From the NCBI GenBank assembly GCA_026770705.1, contig JANJGN010000003.1:114886001-114950000 (forward strand): a DNA stretch of 64,000 nt. The letters are read 5' to 3'. Position numbers and translations under genes: made by a program. Below are positions 12,870-26,315 of the stretch, in pieces. Positions within the stretch are counted from its first letter, which is position 1. Every line of letters starts with the position of its first letter. The DNA comes from Isurus oxyrinchus. Lineage: Eukaryota. The notes under the pieces were generated by a model, which was not told the origin of the DNA, searched no databases, and was given only the letters and a program-made list of their open reading frames with translations.

Positions 12870-14333
12870 AGTCACATCAGCCTTCGACTGAGCATCGTTC
12901 CTAGTCTCCAGTAGTCCCCCGACTGCCGGCATCCTGGGCACTCTGTCTCCGCCTGCACCTCGAGCGACTGTGAAGTGCCCTCACCAATGTGCACCGAGAT
13001 ACTAGCCACTGAACTAATGTCCACCGAGGTGCTGGTATCTGCGCTGGTGCCTGGTTCAGAGAGTGGATGTGACGCAGGTGCATGGGGAGCATGGTGGTCC
13101 TCCAGGGTCAGGGGTGGCCCATCAGGGTCCGGAGAGCGATCGCCTGCTGGCGAACCTAAAAGGCAGAAGAAGGACATGTCTTAGTGAGTTATCACACTGT
13201 CACTGTGCATGCCAGGCACCCTGGGGAGACAGATCTGCATCATGGTAACCTCGTCTTTCAATGATCAATGGGGACTCCAGGTTCGAGGCTCACATCAATG
13301 AAGAGATTGCACTATAATGGTTGCACAAGTCGAAATTCTCACCTCAGTGCACTGCACTCTTGCCTTCGTTTGACACCTCAGCCTCACTGCGGCCACATGA
13401 CTGAGGTGCATGGTGCCTCTTGAATCCAAGTCCTCCTGCTCAAACTGGGAGAGGATGAAGGGGTGTAGGGGTCCTCCACTGGACTGTGACCTCTCACCAT
13501 GGCTATGGGATGTCTTCTCCTGAAAGGACAGAGGAGCCTTGATTCATCCACTCCCTACCTGCAGCGCTATTGCAGCCTGGCTAACCCCAGCTGAGATGCA
13601 TGTTGCAGGGCAGATCATGGCCCTCGAGACGGAAGGCACTCAGTCAAAGCAGCCAGAGCTCAGCCCCTTGGCCAGTTCTGGCGTGATTGTCAGTTGGCAC
13701 TCAGATTCTAACATCCCTGAGCTCGACGGGGGGATGGCCAGCCCAAAACAATTCAACGCATTGACTCATGCCAACATGGCACTCGCCCTTCCTGAGTGCA
13801 GTAGGTCATTGTACGTCTGGCACTGCATTCAAGTGAGCCACACCACACCATGGCTGTTCACCTGCATTGCCAAATCTTCCCTTGCTGCCTTTGTGAGGTG
13901 CAGTGGCATCCTTCTCCCATCTCTGGGGACAAGGGACATCTCTTCTGGCAGCCACCTCCTCCAGGAGGGTAGCAGGGCACTTGTCAGAAAAACGGGAGCC
14001 CAAGTGCCCAACCGACCTGCCCTTCCACCTAGTCTCTGCATCCTCGTTTGCAGCCATGTCGCTGCTGCAACTCGGACGCAGGCGGCCTCCCTGGGACTGC
14101 CTGTGGCGTTTTTGAACCAGCCACCGGGTTGCCATTGGACCCAGTGGACAACAGGCCCCTACCCCCACCCACTCCTCCTCAGGGGTTCTCCAGCCAGTGT
14201 TCACGTTTGGCGGGCCTTAATTGGCCCGCCAGCATGAAATTGCGGTCTGGCCCCAATCGCTGGTGGCAGTCGGCTTCCTGGCCACTTCCGTCTGCCTCCG
14301 CCGAGCCCACCCGACAGAGGCAAAATTCTGTCC
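12870..14333 (-). mobile_element. PIF/Harbinger derivative with Myb/SANT-like ORF remnant
   Basis: SRFSDKCPATLLEEVAARRDV / PRDGRRMPLHLTKAA..QVNSHGVV..QC..NDLLHSGR at about 13785-14010. TIR CAAAATTCTGTCC ends at 14333. Confidence 0.7.
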
Positions 14334-14634
14334 TGTGTCTACCCTGTCAAACCCTTTCATAATATTAAAGACTTCCATCGTTTTTGCTCCAGAACTTTTT
14401 TCTAGAGATAAAAGCTCCAGCCTGTTCAGTCTTTCCTAATAATTGTACATTCTCAGTTCTGGTATCTTTATATTGCATCAGAAAGGAACAAATCATTAAC
14501 AAGTTTAGACATATGGAATAGAAGATAATTGGAAAAGTATGATAGACTATCTTAGACATTTCACTTTGATTTCACAGATACATACGTACATGTGATGCTT
14601 GTTGGTAACAGATATATCCTTTAATCATTCACAG

Positions 14635-14685
14635 AAGATGTTGAAAATTCAACCATGAAGTCAGGTGATCCAGATGAGGTTTTCG
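14635..14685 (+). CDS. PPP1R9A: Probable 51-nt symmetric (phase 1-1) neurabin-1 exon
   Basis: Acceptor ttaatcattcacag, consensus donor G|gtaagt, 51 nt, open in the required frame ((E)DVENSTMKSGDPDEVF), in a repeat-free AT-rich island. Confidence 0.65.
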
Positions 14686-15539
14686 GTAAGTTTCTTATCA
14701 TCATTACGATGCAGCTGTATATCAGCAGTGTTTCATTATACTTTTGCTTAATAAGTGTGCAATATTATGATGGAACTTGCAATATTTTAAAGTTACCTTG
14801 TAGGTAATTAAGTATAAAAAAAGATTTTTAATCACTTGATGTTTAAGTGAAGATCATGCTTATAGCCTTTAAAATGAGAAATACTTTTGACCCTAAAGTT
14901 AGTTCATAAATAAAAACTACAAAACATTCAGTAGGATAAGAGGTAGGAAAGATGACTGAAAGGATGGTTGAAAAGATAAGTCTGGAGGAGGATTTTAAAG
15001 ATTGGAAAAGGAGTGGAGAGTTGATGGGTTTAGGGGAGGATTTCCAGAGAGAAGGTCTAAGACATCTGAAGGAAATGGCCTCTGATAATTCAGCAAAACA
15101 AGGCTAGATTCAAGGGAGTTAATGGTTATAAGAGGCTGTAATAGTAAGGTGGAATTGAGGCAGTGGAGGTATTTGTGGATGAGAATGGGTTTTTGAATTT
15201 GAAGCATTGGGAAACAAGGAATCAACAGGTGTCTGCAATCGAGCTACCTAGATGAATCAAGTCCTGCTGCTCACCTCATACTATTGAATAGCTCAATTTA
15301 CAAGCAATTATCCAATTTCTTTTGTAAAGGTTTTTGGATGAGCTGGTGTTTGAGAGGAATTTAGCTCAGGAGGTTCGTTAGGGAAACCTTTCGATTAGAA
15401 CTCAGAGGTAACAAAAGCATGGAAATGGATTTAGGAATAGATAATGAGGTAAAGGTGGTGTTGGGCAATATTGCAGGGATGAAAGTTAGCCAGCTGGGTT
15501 TTGTTGGTACCTTTCCATCTATGTGATATGATGACATGA

Positions 15540-16580
15540 AGCAAACATCCATTTAGGAGGGGTGTCTTCATTTGGTGCACCTTTGCTGTTGCCTATGAAG
15601 ACAGTCCTTGAGACGCAGGTTCTGCCATAAGTGCCAGACATGAAGTGACATTGGGAGTGGTTGTTTTCGGCCTTGGTGCCTGTTACCAAGCTGCTATAGC
15701 CATTGGTCATTGTTGAAGTGCACGTCAACCCACAGGAGGTGTCGCTATTTCTCTCTTTCCCTGGCTAATGACTGCCAAGTGTGATAGTTGACATTTAGAG
15801 CCTTCATGTTACACTTTCAAGCAAGCCTTAAATGCCCCACTGGTTGCCTGGCTCCAGTATCTCACCATATGGAAGGTCCTTGGGCATGAGACCATCTTCC
15901 ATCCTGCAGACGCTGATCCACCGAAACCACTTCTGTTAGATTAACGCCAACACGTTTGGGAGCTCTGCCCTTGAGAGGACTGCCGTACTTGTTATTTTGT
16001 CAGGATATACCCATAATGTGCTGCAAACAGAAAAGATGGAAATTTTTGAGCAGCTTTTTCTTTTAGCTGTAAGTCTCCCATGTTTCACAGCTATACAACA
16101 TGGTACTGAGAACACTGGCCTTATATACTATCAACTTGGGCCTATGGATCAGTTTGGTGTTATCCCATGAACATTTCGCAAGTTAGCCAAAGGTGGTAGC
16201 TGCTTTCTCTGTGTGTATCGAGCTCTGTATCAAGGGACAGATCATTTGTCACGGTGGACCCAAGATAGCAGAATTTACTAACCACTTCCATTTGGGTGTT
16301 TTCAGTGTGATCAGGGGTGTAGATGCAACACCTTGTCTCATGACCACGGTTCTCTTGACACTTATAGTCAGCAAGAACAAGAGACAGTTCATGAATCTTT
16401 GTAACTGAGGTGCCATGACTAGTGCAGCATTGTCAGGGTGGAGGAGTTCCCTAATCAGAGCATGATGTGATTTTAGTCTTGATTGAAGAGGTTGGCATCT
16501 GACCTAGTGTGCAAGTAGATTCCTTCCTTATCTGTAGGGAAAGCAAAGGTCAGGAACATGGAGAAAAAGGTACTAAACAA
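15540..16580 (-). mobile_element. RTE-clade LINE fragment
   Basis: RMEDGLMPKDLPYGE (compare RTE RMPDxRLPKxLLYGEL) and a degenerate C-terminal zinc-finger remnant (FMSGTYGRTCVSR). Confidence 0.65.
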
Positions 16581-17767
16581 AGGTTTGATCTAATAGACGT
16601 TATGGAAATGTGATTGCAAAGTGACCAAGGCTGGGAATGAAATATTCCAGGATATTTAACTTTTAGAAGAGATAGTCAAAATGGAAAAGGAGAAGGGTAA
16701 CTCTGATGATAAAGGATGGGATAAAGACAGCAGAGAAAAAGAATCCTAGCTCGGAAAATGGCGAAATAGAATCAGGTTGAGTTGAACTAAGAAACAGTAA
16801 GGGGCAGAAAACTTTGGGAGTTATTTATAGGCTGTAGTGTAGTGCACAGTATAATTCAGGAAATTAAAGGTGTATGTCACATAGGAAATACAGCAATCAG
16901 GAGAGACTATAACCTTAATATAGACTGGGCAAACCAAATTTTTAGTAATAGCACGGAGGACAAGTTCATGGAATATGTACAAGATAGTTTTCTAGATCAG
17001 TATATTGTGGATCCAACTTGGGAACAGGCTATTATATGGCTCTAGTATTGCACAGTGAAAAAAGCTTAGTTAACAATCTTGTACTAAAGGAGCATTGGGA
17101 ACAGTGATCATAATATTGATTTTTCTATTTATTCTGAGAGTGATTTAGTTAAGTCCCAAGCTAGTGCCTTAAATTTAAACGAAGTAAACTACATAGGTAT
17201 GAGGAGCAAGTTGGGAAACTACATTGAGTTATAACAGTGGACAAGCATTTAAAACATTAATACATAATTTGCAACAAACATACGTTCCATAAAGGTACAA
17301 AAGCTCCTCAGAAAATATGGACTAATGGCTAACAAACTTATTTAAAGGTAGCACTAGATCAAAGGAAGAGGCATATAATTTTGCCAAAAAGAGTAGCAGG
17401 ACTGAGATTTTTAGACTTCAGCAAAGGAGGAGCAAGAAATTGATAAGGAAAGAGAATATGTGAATAGACTAGCAAGAGACATATAAACACTTTGTAAATG
17501 TTTCTATTGGTATATAGATAAGAAAAGATTAACTAAAATAAACATGGGGACATTAGAGGTAAAATTATAATGGGGATTAAGTAAATGGCAAAGACATTAA
17601 ACATATGTTTTGTATATGTCTTCACAGTAAAAGATACAAACAACATTCCAGAAATAATGGGGAACTGAGGGTCTGGCAAGAATGAGGAAGTTAAACAAAT
17701 TAGTGAAAGTAGAGAAGTAGCATTGGAGAAATTAATGGGACTAAGTGGCGATATATCCTAAGGACCT

Positions 17768-20700
17768 GGCAGTTGGAGGAATTTAAATTCAATTAATAAT
17801 AAACCTGGAACGAAAAGCTAGTCTCAGTAATAATGATCTTGGTAAACAACCACCTTGTTCATTAATATCCTTTAAGGAAGAAAATTTACGTCCTTACCTG
17901 TTCTGGCCTGCATGTGATTCTAGTCCTTCAGCAATGTGACTGAATGTTAACTATCCTCTGAAATGGCCTAGCAAGCCACTCAGAAGTATCAACTGCTATA
18001 GAAGAGTATAACAAATAGAACTAGGAGTAGGCTATTCGACCCCACAAGCCTGCTCCGCCATCCAATAAGATCATGGCCTTAACTCCACTTTCCTGCTTGC
18101 CCCTCATAATCATTGTCTCTCTTGCAGACCAAAAGCTTGTCTAACTCAGTTTGAATATATTCAGTGACCCTGCTTCCATTGCTGTCTGGGGTAGAGGACT
18201 TCAAAGGTTAAAACCCTTTGAGAGAAGAAAATCCTCATCTCAGTCTTCAATGGGAAATCCCTTATTCTGAAATTGTGCATCCCTGTTGAGAGGAAACATC
18301 CTCTCGACACCTATCTGTCAGAATCTTATATATTTCAATTAGATCACTGCTCATTCTTCTAAACTGCAATGAGTAAAGGCCCAACCTGCAACCCATCCTC
18401 ATTAAGACAAGCCCTTCATCCCAGAAATCAACCTAATGAACCTTTTCTGAACTGCCTCCAATGCAAGTCTATCTCTCCTTAAATGAGGAGACCAAAATGA
18501 TAGGCAGTAATCTAGCTGTGGTCTCAACAACACCTTTTACAGTTGTAGCAAGACTTCCCTACTTTTATACTCCATCCCCCTTTCAAAAAAGGCCAGCATT
18601 CCATTTGCTTTAGTAATTACTTGCTGTACCGCATGTTATCTTTTAGTGATTCGTGTATAAGGACATCCATATACCTCTATCCTGCAATATTCTGTTGTCA
18701 CTTTTCATAATATATAATAATATTCTGCTTTTCTATTCTCCCAACCAAAGTGGATAACCTCACATTTTTCCATATTATACTCCATCAGTCAATTTTTTTT
18801 GCCTATACATTTAACCTATTTAAACGCCTTTGCAGACCTTTGTTTCCTCCACGCAACTTGCTTTCCCATCTATTTTTGTATTGTCAGGAAATTTGGCTAC
18901 AATATACTCTGTCCCTTCATCCAAGTCATGAATATAGATTGTACACAGTCGAGGCCCCAGCACTGATCCCTGTGACACCCCACTAGTTACAGTTTGCTAA
19001 CCATTTATCCTGACTGTTCCCTGTTAGTTAGCCAATCCTCACTCTATGCTAATTAATATATTACCCTCAACACCATGAGCACTTATTTTGTGTAGTAACC
19101 TTTCATATGGCACCTCATCGAAATCCTTTTGGAAATCCAAAATAACACTACATTTACTGGTTCTCCTTTGTTCACTCTGCTTGCTACATTCTCAAAGAAC
19201 TCCTAACAAATTTGTCAAATACCATTTCCCTTTCATAAAACCGATGCATTAGGACCTTTCCAGAATCTAGGGAATTTTGGAAGATTACAACCAACATATC
19301 ATCTGTCCCTGCAGCCACTTCTTTTAAGACCCTAAGATCAGGTCCATTAGACTGTCAGCCTTTAGTCCCATCAGTTTGATAGTAGTTTTTCTCTAGTAGT
19401 AATTGTTTTAAGTTCCTCCCTTTTGCCCCTTGATTTTCTCCTATTCTTGGGATGCTTTTAGTTTCGTCCTCTGTGACGATAGATGCAAAATATTTGTTCA
19501 AAGTCTTTGCCATTTCCTTGTTTCACATTATTAATTTCCCAGCTTCATCTTTGAAAGGACCAATTTAGTTTTAGCTCCTCTCTTCCTTTTTATATATTTT
19601 CAGAAGCTCTTATCTGTTTTTATATTTGTTAGTTTACTCTCATGTTCTATTTCCTCACTTTTTTTTGGTCATTCCTCGCTGGTTTCTAAAATGTTCTCAA
19701 TCTTTTGGCCTACCGTTAACCTTTGCAGCATTGTACACTTTTTTCAATTTGATACCATCCTTGAGTTCCTTAGTTAGCCATGGATTGTTCATCTTTCTCG
19801 TAGCATCTTTCTCAATGGAATGTAACTTTATTATGAAATATCTCCCTAATTGTCTGCCACTGCTTATCTACATTCTTATTTTATAATCTATTTTCCTGGT
19901 CCATTTTAGCCAACTTGGTATGCTTGCCTTTGCAATTATCTTTATTTAAGTTTAAGACACTAATTTCAGACCCAGGTTTCTCACCCTCAAACTGAATGTG
20001 AAATTTTGTCATGCTGTGATCATCTTCCCTAGAGTATCCTTTACTATGAAACCTTTAATCATGTTCCATTACACATTGCCAGATCTAAAATAGCCTGTGC
20101 CCTGGTTGGGTTTACAGCATACTGTACTAAGAAAGTACCCCGAATATTGTTCACGAACTTGCCCTCAAGGCTACCTTTGTCAGTCTGATTTGTCCAATCT
20201 ATATGAAGGTTAAAATCGCCTGTGATTTCTTACAAGCCCCCATTGTTTCTTGATTTATACAATGTAACTACTGCTAGGCAGCCTATAAATAACATCTGCC
20301 AGTGACTTTTTTCCCTTGCTATTTCTTATCGTCATCCAAAATGGTTCTACATCTTGACCTTCTTAGCCAAGATTATTTCTTACCACGACTGATCCCATCC
20401 TCAATTAACAAAGCCACTCCACCTTTCCTTTCATCCTATCCTTTAACCCTTGAAATTCAGTTCCCAGCCTTAGTCACTTCGCAACCATGTCTCTGTAAAA
20501 GCTGTCATACCAATTTATTTTTATCTGTGTCATCTATTCCACTACCATATTACGAGTACCATGTTCATTCAGATAAAGTGCCTTTAATTCAGGGTTTTAT
20601 TTAACCATTTTTCCCTACTCTGACCCTATTCAATATGACACTCTGGTTATCATCACCTATATAGCTACCCTGCACTACTGCCTTGTCCTTTCTCTTTAAC

Positions 20701-23185
20701 TTTCTACATTTCCTCTGACCCGACCCTCCCCACCCCCACTACTTAGCTAATGCCATCTGAGCTGCCCCAGTGATATAATTTGCCAGGACACTGGTCCCAA
20801 CATGTTACAAATGAAGGCTGTTCCAATGGTACAGCTCCATCTTCCCCAGTACTGGTGCCAGTACCCCATGAATTGAAACCCATTTATCCTTTTTGAGCCA
20901 CACCTTCAAGTCTCTGATCATATTTACTCTATTCTGATTTTCTCAAAGCTAAGGCTGTAATCCGGAGATTATTACCTTCATGCTTTTGCTGTTTTAATTT
21001 AGCCCCTGGCTGCTCATGATCCCTCAGCAGAATCTCTTTCTTAATCCTACCTATGTTGGTATCATGGTACCCGTGTAGACCACGACAGCTGGATCCCTTT
21101 CCTCCCACTCCAAATTCCTCTCCAGACCCGAGAAGAGGTCCAAAACTCTTACACTGGGCAGGCAGCACAACCTTAGGGAGTCATGATCTAACTCCCTAAC
21201 AATACTGTCCCGTACTGTGGCTGGTACATTCATTTTTACTCCCCCAACTCAAATGGCCTCCTGTACCATGGTGTTGTTGTTTGTTTGCTAATTTTCTCTG
21301 CAACCCCTGCTCCTGTCCATACCGGCTGCAAGATCCCTGTGCTTGTTGGACAAGTGCAAAGGCTGAGTCTCCTCCAGTGCTACCTTCTGGATCCCCACAC
21401 CTGCCTTACTCTTAGTCACACCCTCCTGTCCCTGAGCATGGACCAAATTTGTTGTACTTAACCTAAGGGTTTGACTTCCTGTTGGAGCAAAGAATCCAGC
21501 TAATTTGCTCTTTCCCTGATACAGAAAAGTCAAATAAGAATAAAAACAGATGAATCACCTGGCATTGACTTTGACACAGAAATGACAAAGGCACACAATC
21601 CTCAGTCAACCCTCAGTAGCAAATTCGTATACAATAGGAAGTGAGTGACTCTTGGGGTCCTCAACATTGAATCCGAATCCCATGAAGTCTCTTTGACATC
21701 AGATCAAACAAGGAAATCTCCTACTGATTACCACCTAACATCATCCCCCAAGTGATGAATCAGTACTCCTCCATGTTGAACATCACTTGGAAGATGCACT
21801 GAGGGTAACAAGGGTACAGAATGGCTGAGGGGTTGCGAATGAGTGTGTCAGCCCAACTGCTGACCAAGCTAGCCCAGTACTGAAGGACATATCTGTCAGA
21901 CTGGGCCTGCGGGAGGTGCTGAGACGACCAACAGTTGGGAAGAGACTACCTGACCTCATCCTTACTGATCCACTTGTCACAGATGCATCTGTTCATTTGA
22001 TATTGATATGGCCTCGTCCTTACGAAGGCGAAGTTCTGTCTTCACACCATCATGTTGTATTGCACTACCACTGCCAAATAGGATAGATTCGGAAAGGATC
22101 TGGCAGCTCAAAACTGAGTATTCTTGAGGCGCTGTGAACCATCATCAGTATCAGAATTGTATTCAGCCACAACCTGTAACCTCGTGGCCCAGCATTTCCC
22201 TCACGTAACCATTACTATCAAGCCAAGTGATCAACCCTGGTTCACTGAAGATTGTAGGAGAGTATGCTAGGAGCAGCACCAAGCATACCTAAAAATGAGG
22301 TATCAATCTGCTGAAGCTACAACATAGGACTACATGCAAACTAAATAGCAGAAGCAGCATACAACAGACAGAGCTGAATGATCTCACAGACAGCAGATCG
22401 GATCAAAGCTCTGCAGTTCTGTCACGTCCAGTCATAAATGGTGGTGGACAATAAAACAACTAACCACCGGAGGAGACTCACATCCCTGCCTTCAATAATG
22501 GGACAGCCCAGTACATCAGCGTAAAATACAAGGCTGAAGAACTTGCAGCCGTCTTCGGCCAGAAGTGCAAAGTGGATGATCCATCTTGGCCACACCCTGA
22601 GGTCCTCAGCACCACAAAAGTTAGTCTTCTGATTCAGATCACTCCATGTGATATCAAGAAACAGCTGAAGGCACTGGATACAGTAAAGGCTATGGGCCCT
22701 GACAACATTGTGGCTGTAGACTGACGGCTTGTGCTCCAAACCTAGCCACGACCCTAACCAGCACTGCTACAACAGCTACAACACTGGCATCTACCAGCAA
22801 TATGGAAAATTGTCCAGATATGTCCTGTCCACAAAAGGTAAGACAAATCCAACCGGACAATTACTGCCCCATCGGCCTACTCTCAATCATCAGCAAGTGA
22901 TGCAAAGATGTTGTAAACAGTACTGTCAAGCAACACTTACTCACCAATAACTTGCTCATCCATGCTCATTTTGGGTTCAGTCAGGATGACTTAACTCCAG
23001 ACATCATTACAGCCTTGGTCCAAACATGGACAGAAGACCTGAATTCCAGAGGTGAGGTGAGAGTAGCTGTCCTTGACATCAAAGTAGCATTTGACCGAAT
23101 GTGATATCAAGGAACCTTAGCAAGAGTGAAGTCAGTGGGAATCTGAGGGGAAGGTCTCCATTGGTTGGTGTCTTCCCTAGCACCA
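17768..23185 (+). mobile_element. tRNA-headed LINE family copy (17768-18008 and 21521-23185), interrupted by a CR1
   Basis: The head matches 26408-26660, and the body from 21530 on is collinear with 26665-28240. Confidence 0.7.
18010..21520 (-). mobile_element. Near full-length decayed CR1 LINE (ORF1 SGNH esterase and ORF2)
   Basis: CR1 3' tail (ggagtaggctattcgaccc) at 18020, RT remnants, and esterase motif RLCCLPSVRV...PAVVVYTGT at about 21050-21200. Confidence 0.8.
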
Positions 23186-25183
23186 TGGAAGACAGGCGAG
23201 GTGGCCACTGCTGGGACTACAGGCAGTCCCACCACACTGAGGAGCCCAGCAAAGTCTGGAATCACCGTGAGGGGTGGGGGCCATGTTCGAAGCTATAATG
23301 AAACAGAGTGAACACGCATTTATGAAAGGGAAATCTTAGTTTTTTGAGGATGTATATAGTAAGATACTTAGGGGGAAACCAATAGATGTAGTTATCTGAT
23401 TTTCAAAAAACATTTGATAAGATGCCACACGAGTTACTTACGCAAAATTAGGACTCATGAGATTGGGAATAATATATTAGCATGGATTTAAGTTTGGATA
23501 ATGGACAGAAAATAGTAAGTTGGAATGAATGGGGTATTTTTAAATTAGCAAGCTGTAACCAGCGGGGTACTGCAAAGATTAATACTTGGGGCATAACGAT
23601 TTACAATCTATGTTAACAACTTAAGTGAGGGGAAGGGTCTGAATGTATTTCAAAGTTTGCTGATGATGCAAGATTAGTGGAAAAATGAGTGTTGAGGAAA
23701 ATGCAACATGGCTACAGAGGGATATAGATAGGCTGGGTGAAGTTATCTACTTTAGGAAAGATAAGAAAGCTGAATATTTTATGAATGGTGAGAGACTAGG
23801 GAATGTTTGCATTCAGAAGGACCTGGGTGTCCTTGTACATTAATCACAAAAAATAAATATGCAGGTACAGCAAGAAGTTACAACAACAAATGGTATGTTG
23901 GCTTTTGGGACATTGGTGAAGCTGTATCTGGAGGAGTGCATGCAGTTTTGGTCTCCTTTCCTAAGGAAGGACATACTTGCCCTAGAGAGAGTGCAATGAA
24001 GTTTTACTAGACTGGTTACTGAGATGGGGTGATTGTCCTATGAGGAGAGATTGAATAGGCCTATATTAGGCTTATATTCTCTGGAATTAGAGGATCAAGA
24101 GATGATGTAATTGAAATATATAAAATTCTTAAAGGGCTTGACAAGGTAAATACTGAGAAAATGTTTCCCTTGGCTAAGGAATCTAGAACACGATATCACA
24201 GTCTCGGAATAAAGGGTTGGCTATTTAGGATTTAGACGAGGAGAAATTTCTTCACTCATAGCTGTGAATCTTTGGAATTCTCTACCCCAGAGATTTCTGG
24301 ATTCTTAGTCAATGAGTATATTCAAGGTAGAAGTCAATAGATTTTTGGGTACTAATAGTTTTTACTATTTTACTAATAGTTATTACCCTCCTTTTAAAAA
24401 CATTATTATATTTAGGAACCTTGCACTAGCACCTGAGTTCATTTGAGAATACAAAACTTGGTTTCAGAAGTTCCAAAAGCTTTTTTCTTGTTTGCTTTTC
24501 TATACATTATAGGAAGGCCTGTCACTAAACAAATGCAACAACAATATGTTATTGTGCATTAATATCCAGTTGGTTGACTGTTGTCAGTGAAGGGAATTAA
24601 AATATTACAACCTAAGAATTGTTTGGAGCCATATCTGTTTTACAGCTGTAGAATGGGCGACAAAGCTTCTGAAGTAGGCTTGAGATCCTTTGCATATGCA
24701 GATAAGGGAGCTTACACCTATTTAAGGCCCCTTTTGCAAAATTGGTAACCAGTGCTGGGCCAGCTGTGTTCAGGAAACTGTAGTCCACATGCAACTTAAC
24801 CAGCAGTGCTTAAAGGGACCACTGAAGGCATAACAAAAAGTTTTGTTAAAAAAGTATTTAACTGAATGTGGAGCTGAGTGTAGGGTCCAGCGTTGCTACT
24901 GGTTCCAGCTCAGCCCCCTCCCCCTGGATTTCTTCCCTCCTCTCCGGGTCACCATTCCTATTTCCAGGGCCTACCTGAGGAGTTGCCAATGAGACAGTTG
25001 CCTGAAATCAAATACTAATTCACCAGCAAGCTGTCTGAGGTCCAGCATGCATCTGCAGCTTGCTAGGCTAATTTACATGAGACACGAGGCCCAATATCGT
25101 GTGTGCCTTGGACCCAGCTGTTCTGATACGAACCAGTTTCTGTGCCTACTTGTTTGACTAAGAATATCACATTTTCCTATGTG

Positions 25184-25474
25184 GTAACTCTTTCGAGTAC
25201 AAACATGTTTCTATCTGTTCCTATTCAGATGAAGTTACATTGTTTCATAGTTTGCCATGGTGAGATTTGAACTCTTGATCTTGGGGTTACAAGCCCAGTA
25301 CCATAACCACTTGGCTATTTAGGCCAAGCAAATGAATGTGTAACTCTTTCGAGTACAAACACGTTTCCATCTGTTCCTATTCAGATGAAGTTACATTGTT
25401 TCATAGTTTGCCATTTTGAGATTTGAACTCTTGATCTTGGGGTTACAAACCCAATACCATGACCACTAGGCTAT
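25184..25474 (-). repeat. Tandem dimer with 156-bp period, each unit containing a tRNA-like module
   Basis: Units start at 25184 and 25340 with about 8 mismatches in 135 nt. The - strand carries A-box TAGCCAAGTGG, loop CTTGTAA (TGT, Thr-like) and B-box GTTCAAATC. Confidence 0.85.
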
Positions 25475-26315
25475 GTACTAAAAATCAACATGATATTGAT
25501 CAACAATAAACTTATCAAGGTCAATTGTCTGTTGGGCAACCAACTAGCGGAGTATGTATTCATGCCAAAGAGATATTAAAGAGACATCAGCATCATTGAC
25601 AGGCTGACGAGCCACAAGGCATCCCAATGCTGCTTGCTGATTTGAAAGTTCCAAATGTCAGCCTCCATGGCCACCTGAAGGTAAATGCAGGGAATGGGAA
25701 GGGAGTCATGATCACAGTGTATGTGGTTTACACAATGGCAGTGACCAAGATTTTATTTTCCTGGGAGCTGGGGTGGCACTCCTGCTCTTCTCAGCCCCAC
25801 AAAAATAATTCCAAACTTACTTTAGCTGGGCCTCTGGCTTCATTGCCCTAGAACTGGTCAGAGTGTGCAATGCGTATGCTCTGACTAGATGAAACCTAAA
25901 ATGGCCATCCGTGGTACTCTGACCCAATCTGCATATTAAAAAGTCCTTGCCACCTGAGACAGGCAGGGGTTTGAGGGCCAGAAGTAGACACCTTCCAAAA
26001 TATCATCTGCCTGTTTGTAGGGACTGAATTTTCATGTTGTTGGTGGGAATCGGGAGACGCAAATAATCCTACTGTTGTAGTACACCTCCATCTCAACACT
26101 GCCGGCAGGCAGGATCTCCCCTAATTGGCCTGGAAACTGGCCTGCCACTGAAGGAAATGGAGGCAGGCCATATCCAGAGCGAGCAGGTTAAAAGGCCCAC
26201 CTCAATTTCCAAAAAACCTCTGACCAGTGTTGCAAATGCAATCAGCAGCCCGTTTTTTTGCAGTTGAACCTTCTGACCACCTTAAACCCACCACCCCAAC
26301 CCCATCCTCACCCTT

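Larger units (their letters stand above)
16590..24360 (+). mobile_element. CR1 ORF2 remnant (16590-17765 and 23300-24360), split by nested insertions
   Basis: Endonuclease part DSFLDQYIVDPTWEQAI. It breaks at a KLMGL..SPGP-like motif and resumes with HAFMKGKS and DFQKTFDKMPH RT motifs, then the CR1 3' end. Confidence 0.7.

Noticed and set aside
13539-14237. 232-aa + strand ORF as a novel gene
   Set aside because: It is the antisense frame of a GC-rich Harbinger Myb/SANT remnant.
25184-25474. CRISPR array or functional tRNA genes
   Set aside because: There are only two long units with no unique spacers, and the acceptor and anticodon stems pair imperfectly.
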